Source: Piedraia hortae CBS 480.64 | Taxonomy: Eukaryota | NCBI GenBank assembly: GCA_010093745.1 | Contig: MU005965.1 | Coordinates: 372,001 to 419,309 of the forward strand | Reading direction: 5' to 3' | DNA length: 47,309 nucleotides | In this document: piece after piece, positions 22,548 to 31,443 of the stretch | How the letters are laid out: every line of letters starts with the position of its first letter | How positions within the stretch are numbered: the first letter of the stretch is position 1 | Notes under the pieces: model-generated | The model's database searches: none | Told to the model about the DNA's origin: nothing | Seen by the model: the letters and a program-made list of their open reading frames with translations, nothing else | Program-made: the position numbers and the translations under genes

Positions 22548-23462
22548 CTAAAACCACCCATCAACCCTCAACTTTTTCATATTCTGTACAAACGCGCCAC
22601 AGGTGCACATCTTCTGATCACCAAACTTCTTCCAATCCACGCCCATCTTATTCTTCTTCGGCTGATACTTGTACCCCGGATTCAGCTTCGCATGACGTTC
22701 TTTTTCTTCCTTTGCACGTTGGTAAAATTCGTCCTTCACCTCCGCTGATGCCTCCTTCCACATCTTTCCCGCGATTGCGGAAATTTGTCCGTTGTCCCCG
22801 CCCACGACGCGCGAAATTGCCTGACTGTGCGCTTTGCGGAAGAGAATGAATGCGTTTGCGGGACGCTTGACGTGCGTAGTGGGCCCAGTGGGGGGTGTGC
22901 AAATGCAGTTTTGCGCAAGGGAGTGTGTGCGCTTGCGCTTCTTGGAGGAGTTCTCATCAAGGGTGGGGATGTCGAGAGTCTCTTCTGGGATAGGATGAAG
23001 GATTGAGCGTGCGGGCCCGGGGGTTGAAATTGAGGTAGTGCTGTTAGATGAATCAGTTGTTATGGATACACCTGTTGTGGTGAGTGTTTCGTACGAGGGC
23101 ATGTTGAAGGTGATGCCATCGTTGGGCATGTAAGGAGTAAAGCCTGGCAGCCCCTGATAGTTGATTGCGGTTCCAAAGTTCTCAAGTCCAGGGTTGGTGA
23201 ATACCTGCTGCTGCTGCTGCTGTCCAAAATCAGGTGTAGAGTTCATGAAAAGTGCTTCGATTTCAGGGTCAATGGGGGCTTGGCTGAACATTGGCTGACT
23301 GATGGCCTGGAAAGTGCCTGCGCCGTTCTTGTTGTAATCGTTGGAAAGAAAGTCCTGGGCGAGGATGGCGTCGAAAGCAACAGGGTCCAGCCCCATGAAA
23401 TCGGTGAAGGAAGTGTTGAAGTTGCCTTGCTGGAAGGGAGTGTTGATGAATGTTGTTGACAT
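22548..23462 (-). CDS. MATA_HMG-class HMG-box transcription factor (304 aa, intronless)
   Basis: HVKRPANAFILFRK...NGQISAIAGKMWKE...EEKERHAKLNPGYKYQPKK. NLS KKRKR; N-terminal Q/F/acidic region resembling an activation domain. Start at ATG 23462 (CATCATG), with TATATA at 23588-23583. Confidence 0.9.
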   Translation of the reverse strand: MSTTFINTPFQQGNFNTSFTDFMGLDPVAFDAILAQDFLSNDYNKNGAGTFQAISQPMFSQAPIDPEIEALFMNSTPDFGQQQQQQVFTNPGLENFGTAINYQGLPGFTPYMPNDGITFNMPSYETLTTTGVSITTDSSNSTTSISTPGPARSILHPIPEETLDIPTLDENSSKKRKRTHSLAQNCICTPPTGPTTHVKRPANAFILFRKAHSQAISRVVGGDNGQISAIAGKMWKEASAEVKDEFYQRAKEEKERHAKLNPGYKYQPKKNKMGVDWKKFGDQKMCTCGAFVQNMKKLRVDGWF

Positions 23463-23582
23463 GATGATGATGATGCTAGAAATGCTGAAATGAAAAAAAG
23501 AAAATTGCTGATGCTGATGCTGTGAGAAACGAAATGAAATGCAAGTGGAAAATTGTTCTGGTTGGAGGAGCTGAGGCTGGAG

Positions 23583-23719
23583 TATATATTCTGCGTAAGT
23601 CGCTTTGTTCAAGAGGACCATTACTCTGAACAATGCTGCGGCTGAAACTGACAGCTTTGTTGAGTTGATATAGCTCTTGTATTTGAACAAAGAAACAAGG
23701 CCGTATGCGCGCCATTGTT
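23583..23719 (-). promoter_or_regulatory. Promoter of the HMG gene: TATA plus five HMG-type sites, including a perfect TR-box
   Basis: Plus-strand CTTTGTT 23603-09, AACAATG 23629-35, CTTTGTT 23655-61, GAACAAAGAAA 23685-95 (TTTCTTTGTTC on the sense strand), CATTGTT 23713-19. Confidence 0.6.
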
Positions 23720-24289
23720 GCTTTAAGATGTCTCATGATGTTCAGCTGCCTTTTCCTGGGGAATTAAATGGGCTAGACCAGTAAGTGATCAAACAGAGAC
23801 TCAGATGAATGGAAAAAAATATTCTGTCTCAACTGCGGCTTGGAAGTAGCATCAACTGACCTTTTCGCGAGTCGGTTCCTATGTAGACTGAGTCACAAGA
23901 GGCCATTTGATCGCTCAAGATACGTTAGTGGTGCGGCCTTGTGGGTAACTTGCGCAGTATCATCCCTCATCGAGCATGCCCGCTCTTCCACGCAGCAACG
24001 GCCAAATATTCAAGGACAAGCAGCGGTAGGGCAACATCAAGATCTTGAAATCGGGGAGCTACCCGATACAGCAGAATAGTTCTAAATTCTGACAAGTGCG
24101 GGTAGAAAAGGGGAGAGTGGTGGTGTTATAATATATGCATCAGAAACTACCTGCCTTATCGATAAACATCGAAAATTCCTCTCACTAGAACTGCTGTGAA
24201 CGTGAAAAAATCTCCAGTTTGTGCCTGCTTACTCTGTTTAAGGTAAGCTCGGGCCAACTGCATGTACATGTCTAGTGTCGTTTTGTGCT

Positions 24290-24960
24290 TCCATCTTTGG
24301 GTCATCTGATACTGCTTTTGCAAGCACTTCCACAGCGGCTCTGACTTTTCCGGCTATTGCTGCTCGTCATAGACAGGGGCTAAAGACTTGATCATTTCAA
24401 TGGTCTCCCTGGACTTAGGCCACTGTAACTTATCATATCCTCGCATGCACTCTTCCAAAAGGAAAAGAAATTTGTCGGTTTCACGTCGAAATGCTATGTA
24501 GAAGTAGACGACCATTCTGAGTGCACAGAGAGTGGAATGGTTCTCTTCTCCCCAGGACCTGTTGAGACCTGCAATCCATTCTTTATACGCATTCCCCGCT
24601 TCGCTGTACCTTTCCAACTTGTAGAAGAAGTGACCCACGTCACCAATGCTTCTCTCGTACCCTCGTAAGGTAGGTCTCCGACCTTTCTTTATCCTTCATA
24701 GGCTCGTTTATACATGGCTAATGACGCTTCCCACTTCTCCTGTAGTTTGTAGAGAGTCCTCAAGCCGTCAAGGTAGTTAAGCGCAGACATATTACCGTAC
24801 CAATTGAGTTTTCGAACCCTTGGAGCGTATGCTACCATAATTGTTCTGCTTCCTTTAGCTTACCCTGCGTAAATAACAGCGCGCGGCTGGAATTGCTCTT
24901 GGCTGTCAGAGTCTCCAGGTGATTGGGGCCTAGAGTCCTCTCCAACTCCGCGATCGAGGC
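24290..24960 (-). pseudogene. Degenerate TPR-repeat gene (kinesin-light-chain/NLR-type TPRs)
   Basis: Fragments 'ELERTLGPNHLETLTAKSN', 'QGKLKEAEQLW*', 'LYKLQEKWEASLAMYKRAYEG*' and 'WGEENHSTL', broken by stops and frameshifts. Boundaries approximate. Confidence 0.7.
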
Positions 24961-25956
24961 TTCCAAGCCGCTCACGCTCAGCGCTGAGTATGGTACTAGT
25001 GCCGTCCATGCTACTATCTATTGGTACATAATTTTGCGGCGGTGGTTGTGGTCTTGTTGAGTTTTACGTCTATCATGTCCTTTTTGAGCGCTGGGCGGGA
25101 AGTGGTGGTGAGTGCCGATAGAGGAAATTTCTGGTGAGTAGTCATCTGTCCGTGCCCCTGATGCACCTTCCAATGCTTGGAAAAAGACAAGAACCTAATA
25201 ATTCGGCCATAAGGGCAGTTTGCTCTTCCCCCCAACAAAATGGATATAATCACAGACTCGCCGTTTGATCCTTCTGTTACAAAGCAAAGGAAGCAAAGTA
25301 TCGATTCAAGACACCGTCTCTTCGCCAAGCAACCTGGGCATACAACTGGTGTATCCATCAGGGCGTACTGCAACCACGCCTTCATCATCCTTTGAAATTC
25401 TCATCTTAGCGTGGGTTGCGACACGAGCATCGGCGATACGCTGATACAAATATCGTTGGCGTAAATGTGGCAAAGTAGCACGAAATGACTACAGACAGCA
25501 TTACCCGGACCCCAACGTCTCGCTGTGCGGACTTAAAGATAGTCGTAAAAGAGCGGAAGGCATTATTGGGATTGTGACGGGTGATGATAGGAGTGTTTCG
25601 TGATAGGCTGGAATTCTATCCTTATACCCATGGTGAGGTATCTACAACCACCGGGGAATTTCATGCAATCGCGCGCGCAACACTTCACCTTTCCAGATCC
25701 CGTCAGACTGAGCTGGTGATAATATATGTCACCACAAGAAGTTTACGCAGTGAGGGGCAGACTTGTTTGCCAAAGCTGCCGACTTGGAACGACCTGGACC
25801 GAAGTCGCCGTGACCGACATGACCCCGCCCCAAAGGAAACGTCATCAACGTAGAACTTTAGAATTCCAGCGCCATATCTATCATACCTCAAGCAGGCTTC
25901 TAACAAACTGAAATGACACATCAAAATAGGGTATTTGCCAGTTTCTCAATAGAAAT

Positions 25957-26057
25957 GGCAACGTAGCAAAGTGGTTAATGCGATTGACTCGAATTTATCT
26001 ACGAGGGTTAGATATCAATTCCCTTCGGGGGCGTAGGTTCGAATCCTGCCGTTGTCG
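25957..26057 (+). tRNA. tRNA-Ser (anticodon CGA) with a 20-nt intron (25994-26013)
   Basis: Acceptor stem GGCAACG/CGTTGTC, discriminator G, D-arm GCA..TGC, anticodon stem ATTGA/TCAAT with loop CT-CGA-A|A, variable arm CCC-TTCG-GGG, T-loop GGTTCGAATCC, and a T6 Pol III terminator at 26063-26068. Confidence 0.95.
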
Positions 26058-26392
26058 TCTACTTTTTTGCTCCTAGTTGTCATGCCACAGGTTCTCTTCT
26101 GCCGCGTCTAGCTCAATATATTGGCTACATGATAGTACAATTCAGATATTTCACGGCTTTAACTTTTGAATTCGTGCCAAATACCTGCCTGAGAGAAGTA
26201 GGCGTTGGAATTTGCAGAGTTTTTATCTCGACGAGGATGCTCCCGCTGAAGCGAGATCACTTATCGTGGTTCACGTCACAGGATGTGGTCTCGTCGAATG
26301 CGGTCAAGGTCGTGCCGGAGTTTGGTATAACTTTGTCAAATAGGTCTAGACACCGCTTTCCTTGTTCTCTAGACATAGAATCACAAACACCA

Positions 26393-26754
26393 TGTTGGAT
26401 TCAAGCATCGCCGCTAGCGCGTATGCGGGGCACTTGCATAGCAAGTCAGCGATACCTCCTACACTACCAGCTGCACCCTAGGTTTTTCCCTCACAGAGGT
26501 TTTCCCTCAGAGTCATGTCATATGTGACATGGTGAATACGCCCCGCTAGTGTACGACATAACGTCACCGGCCCACCGGTACAGAATATTTATTCTGACGT
26601 CCCCTTACATGAAAACAATAGTCATTCACACTACCATGCTGCAACTGGTATTTGACTGACATACATCTACATCTTTCCTGTCCCTGATTCCGTCTATCGC
26701 TCCGTCCTCTTCGGGTCGCTGTGCACTCTCACCCACGAGAGCCAAATCTCTACA
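26393..26754 (+). mobile_element. LTR, family A (362 bp)
   Basis: TGTTGGATT...TCTACA; similar to the other family A copies. TSD not preserved (CACCA vs CATTC). Confidence 0.85.
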
Positions 26755-26858
26755 CATTCAACTCTAGAATCTCGACGAGCAAATTCACGAAGTTTGTCCC
26801 GAAAACATCCGGCCCTCTCCCGGAAGAGCAGCGTGTCATGTCCTTCAAAGTCCAGCCT

Positions 26859-27134
26859 CCAGAATCTTAGGTAGAAGTCGAAACTTCTCAGGGTTTTTGC
26901 CTCTATAGAGGAAGTCTTCCCTGAGACGGATCATTGTCTTGTTCATGCTTAAGGGCATGTTCGCTGACACTGTTCCTGGCGAATGCGGTTAGACTGAGGT
27001 AGTGTGGAGAACGTTTCGAACCTCACCTCACATAGAGATAGACATCTACATTCACCTTTTGGTCAGAGTTGAGTGCACACATTTGTCGTTGATATACATT
27101 CCGCTTTAGTCGTCGGAGGTTTAAACCTCCGACA
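26859..27134 (+). mobile_element. 5'-truncated LTR, family B
   Basis: Aligns to the 20320-20624 copy from CCAGAA onward; ends CCTCCGACA. Confidence 0.82.
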
Positions 27135-28151
27135 GCATCACTACAGGCATCGTTCTGATGGACTAAGTTTGCCGGAGGTCAGCCAAGTGGATGTTTTTCT
27201 TTCAAAAGATGGGACGACATGAAGAGTTTTGGACGACATGTGCCACGATTTACGAGCTTGCCTCGTCGATTTCTCTGTACGCCGTTTTTGGATGCACGAC
27301 TAAAGGCAACTTCGCAACCAAGACACGAAACAAAATTGCAGTTTCTGGTCTCAGAGCTACCGCAAAGCCTCGACAGACAGATTTTGGCTGTGGCTCTTTT
27401 GTCAGCGCATTACTGGGATAGATTGTGGATGTTGGGGTGTGATCAGGGCTCTAACACCAACTGAGATCCTCCACGACGAATGGCTCGAACACCACACCCA
27501 TCCGGTATTCCCAACACATGTGTACACCCTCCCGAGACAGATTTATATCGCTCCGGGAGACTTTTGGTGGAGTTGGCACCGAATATCTAACATGTTTGGA
27601 TCAGGGACGCCGAGAATATAAAGCGCCCCTGGAGGACAATCAAACAAGACTAGTTGCTGGTAACGGTTCAGGAAGCATGGTTTGAGGTGTGATGGGGTTT
27701 CTATGTATGGGTTTTGTACGTCACGGGGTGTGATTGATGCTGTGTGGTGCAGTGGGTTTTGTATGTACGGTTCCCACATCGCGCGGTGGAGTGTAGCAGC
27801 TGTTTAGAAGTCAAGGTAAGCAGGCTTATATACGGTAGTTGTTCCAGTTTGGGATCAAGTTTTGGGGATTTTTACGCTTTAAGCCTGTCCCGAATAAAGT
27901 CGTTTCACGTTGCAGGCAACATCTCTGAAATTCATCCATCGTCACACTTATTGTTGCCAGGCAAAATCATATCGTGAAAACTAAAATTCCAGGTGCAACA
28001 CATCATCCACCCAAACTCGGCACATGCATCTATACGAAACATCAAACTTCATCACACCAAACTAATCACAGGCAAAGAATTCCTTGAAAAGGACAATAAG
28101 GGTATCATCAAACATCTATCCAGCCTCATCAAAAAAAAAAAAAAAAAAAAA

Positions 28152-30464
28152 TCAAACCTTCGGAAAAGGCCTCATCTCCACAAACCCCCTCCTATCTCCC
28201 CCCGTCCGCTGTCTTCCCAACCAATTATACTTCAATGCCTGCGTAAGCCTCTCAATCACACTTTGCCCCGCATCACCTGTATGACAACTCGCGAGAACAT
28301 AGAGACACTGCAGCATCAGCGCGGCGGTTTCCGTGATCTTCGCGGGGTCGGCGAAGAAGGCTGGCGGCTCTGCGGTTTCGGTTAAGGCACCGAGGGGGGG
28401 GTTCGGACTACTGAGATGGTGGGTGCCTGTTCCGAATGAGCCGGCGGATGTGTTTGACGTTGCGCGGCTGCGGCTTGCGAGGCTGGGACCGCCGGAGGAG
28501 GAGCTTGCTGCGTCGAGGAGGGTGGAGGCTTGAGAGTTGAAACTCGCTAAGTGCGGACTTAGACTATCTGCTGTGCCGGGGCGGTCGTGGGTGGATGGTT
28601 TGTGGGGTTTATCTGTGCTGCTGGTTGTGTGAAAGTTTTCGAGGGAGAGTCGGCTGAAGATGGACATGAGGTTTTCGTGCTTGGGGAGGATGACGGAGTC
28701 GCGGAAGGAGACGAGCGCGATGTGGCGGATATCAAAGTCGTCGCTCACGGTGGGTTTGCTTGTAGAGCTGCTTGATGAGGCTGGTCGGTCTTCGTTTTTA
28801 AGGTACTCTGGCACGCTTCGCCAGAATTCTTTTGCTTCGCGGTCGGTTAGGATTGTACCTAGACCTTTGAATTCGAGGTCCAAGGGGAGAAATACGGCTT
28901 GGAGGAAGGGCATAATTGTGCCGTAAACACCGGTCCAGAGTCCCACGAGACGTGTGACGAGTCTGTCGTCTGGAACACCACGCAGGCTTTGGTGGGCTAG
29001 TTGCATGAAGCCAGTTTGGAGCAGTTCTCGTACGTCTTCTACGAGAAGAAGTGGTGCTTTGCGTTGTATGCACCGGCGTATGTGCACGCTGACCAACATG
29101 TTGAAGTCTTCGATGGGTGTCCGTAAATCTTCGGATTGGAACAGCTTCAGTAGGCGAGCTTTGAGCAGTGGCCAAGCATCATCGGGACCCATGCCGGGTA
29201 GACCCATCTGGGCACCTATGTTGCTAAAAGTCTGGGCCGAAGCAGAGGGCACGGCATCAGATGGGAAGATATTGGACGAAGAGCTTGGCAGCGGTGTCAC
29301 CGAATCACTATAATAAGACCCCAGATTCAAATCACCTCCCGTAGCAGATGTGTGGGAGACTATGGGAGTAAGATCGAGCTTTGCAGCTGCCGCTGCCTTT
29401 TCCTCCTTTCTCTTCTCGCTTTTCCTATCACGAAGGGCCTTTGCCCCGTGCCGTAGATCGAAGCCGGACATGGTTTTAGAGAAGCTGCCCGGTCCGGGGG
29501 AGTCTGGAGTGAATGAATAGAGGGGAGCAGGTTTATCAGGATTTGTAGGTTGAGAATTCGAATGAGCGGAGGATAGGGGCAGATGGAGCGGTTCATCCTT
29601 GTGCTTCAGCTTTTGCCGAGAGAGGAAGTGGTGCTTCTTCTCCTTCTCGGCCACAGGAGGCACCAGCGTAGCCGTTGAGGAATTGTCATTAGCAGACAAG
29701 GGCCCGGGCGTAATGTCTATGGGACTAGGAACAGCAGCAGGCACAGTAAGACCGGCCCGTAAAAGGCTGGCACTCTTGTTGGGAGACGGAATTCCGCCCC
29801 CTGCATCCTTTTCCTTTCCGAGGCTGATGTTCTTTGGCTTGAAAAGCTTCATCCTCGACCGCTGCGGCCGGGGGCCCTTCTCCGGTGGCGCTGCAGTCGT
29901 ACTCGTCGTCGGCTTTGGCCCAGGGGACGGCGGCGGCTTCTTCCCGGGAAAGGCCGCACTCGCTGCTGAAGCTGCTACCACGGCGCCCGCCGACAGCGAC
30001 TGCGGGCTCTGAACCTCGCTAGACTGGGCCGTCGTGTTGAGTGGCGCGAGACCAGTATACGACCGCTTTCGCTCGGCGGGCGGTGGGGCGGAGGGCGGAG
30101 GGGGGGGCGACAAGCGGTGCATGGCTGCTTGCGCCGCGCTCTGTGACGCCGTCAGCCCCGCAGCGGGCGTGTGCAGCAGCGATGGCTCAAAGTATCCCTG
30201 GCTGTGTTGGCGCCGGTGCGAGCGGCCGTCGGACGCGTTCCGCTGGTGGGGCGGAACCCCGCTGCCTGTCGAAGGCCGCGCGGTCTGCGACATGGCCGGC
30301 GGCTTAGCCGTCAGCGGTGTAGCTACACTGTTAGAAGATTCAGACGCCGTTGATACGCTGCTTCCACTGCGCTGCGACGCCTGCGACAGCGATGACAATG
30401 ATCCCCGCGCTCGCGGCGTATGTGGGTGCGGCGGCGGCCGGAGAGGAGGTAGCTTATTGCTCAT
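28152..30464 (-). CDS. hbrB: HbrB-domain protein (TORC2-associated Bit61/PRR5 family)
   Basis: Long S/P-rich N-terminus, then 'DDAWPLLKARLLKLF...LRTPIEDFNMLVSVHI...LWTGVYGTIMPFLQAVFLPLDLEF...FRDSVILP' and C-terminal 'LKYNWLGRQRTGGDRRGFV'. First in-frame ATG at 30464. Confidence 0.87.
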   Translation of the reverse strand: MSNKLPPLRPPPHPHTPRARGSLSSLSQASQRSGSSVSTASESSNSVATPLTAKPPAMSQTARPSTGSGVPPHQRNASDGRSHRRQHSQGYFEPSLLHTPAAGLTASQSAAQAAMHRLSPPPPPSAPPPAERKRSYTGLAPLNTTAQSSEVQSPQSLSAGAVVAASAASAAFPGKKPPPSPGPKPTTSTTAAPPEKGPRPQRSRMKLFKPKNISLGKEKDAGGGIPSPNKSASLLRAGLTVPAAVPSPIDITPGPLSANDNSSTATLVPPVAEKEKKHHFLSRQKLKHKDEPLHLPLSSAHSNSQPTNPDKPAPLYSFTPDSPGPGSFSKTMSGFDLRHGAKALRDRKSEKRKEEKAAAAAKLDLTPIVSHTSATGGDLNLGSYYSDSVTPLPSSSSNIFPSDAVPSASAQTFSNIGAQMGLPGMGPDDAWPLLKARLLKLFQSEDLRTPIEDFNMLVSVHIRRCIQRKAPLLLVEDVRELLQTGFMQLAHQSLRGVPDDRLVTRLVGLWTGVYGTIMPFLQAVFLPLDLEFKGLGTILTDREAKEFWRSVPEYLKNEDRPASSSSSTSKPTVSDDFDIRHIALVSFRDSVILPKHENLMSIFSRLSLENFHTTSSTDKPHKPSTHDRPGTADSLSPHLASFNSQASTLLDAASSSSGGPSLASRSRATSNTSAGSFGTGTHHLSSPNPPLGALTETAEPPAFFADPAKITETAALMLQCLYVLASCHTGDAGQSVIERLTQALKYNWLGRQRTGGDRRGFVEMRPFPKV

Positions 30465-31443
30465 CCTGCATTTTGTTTGGTCGGCGCCCTGCTCTGCGTC
30501 GCCGCCCGCGTCCGTCGTTCCGGGATCACGTGATGATGTTGTAGATCTGATAAGATGCGGTAGTGGACGATGTAGCGAATCTTGAGTAGATGAGAATGAA
30601 TAGATGCCACAAATTGTCAGCCGTGTACATTTATACATGCAATAGCTAGCGGGGACGCACCAACCCGACTCCAGCGGAGAGGGATGGCCCGAATCAACCG
30701 CACAAACAGCACATCCGTCTCATAGCTCAGACCCAATGAAGGCCTTTGCAAACGCTCGTTATCCGTCAGCAGCTGAAATCTCCGTGGGCTAATCGCACAG
30801 AGACCAGGCGAATGAGCGACCATACCCAAGTCGGTGCCGGAGCAGCGACTCATACCACACCCCGAATGTGTGGCAACAAGTGTCCGGCTCATTAGCCCCT
30901 CGGCGCTGTGCCTGTCCAGTTCATCTCGATGCCTCGCTGCGATTATTTGGCTAACTGCCCAAGATTCCTTTCTCCTCTAACACGTGGTTCTGCATCTCTC
31001 ACTGAGAGTTCCAGAACCGGTGCTTGGATCAAGAAAAAAAGTACCAGCGCCCAAAAAGGCCGCGAAAGCAGTGAGGTATCTGTACAAGCCGACAGGCATT
31101 GGGGTAGAGGAGCGGGATGGAGGGGGCGACGAGTACCGTGACATTACCCACGAAATACCTATGTGTAGGTGGTCAGCGCAGCCCCATCGACTTCTGTGTG
31201 CACTCACATCGCTATTCTTTCTACTAACTCTGGTTGGATACCGAGCAAAACTTTCCGTACACCCACGGATGATTTGCGTTGGTCTCGGAAGTTCTCTCGC
31301 ATTCCATCCGGGATAGTCTGAAGAGGGTTTCGCAAACGCTTGCAGATAGACAGGAGTCATAACTCTGCCACAAACAAAAAGATATCTTGTCCGTAACATT
31401 GCAGCTCGAAAAGCATTGACAAGGGTTACACCATAAAAACGAA

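Noticed and set aside
22548..23462. Naming the HMG gene MAT1-2-1
   Set aside because: No conserved HMG intron, no typical C-terminal tail, and no APN2/SLA2/COX13 neighbours in the window; cannot be supported without a phylogeny.
26876..26975. Hammerhead ribozyme in family B LTR (CGAAACTTC...GAAGTC)
   Set aside because: A stem III-like pairing exists, but there is no properly placed CTGANGA core or stems I/II, and the GTC triplet is not conserved in the other copies.
28131..28151. Poly-A tract as a retrogene or LINE tail
   Set aside because: It reads as poly-T after the hbrB stop on the coding strand, with no TSD; most likely a simple homopolymer.
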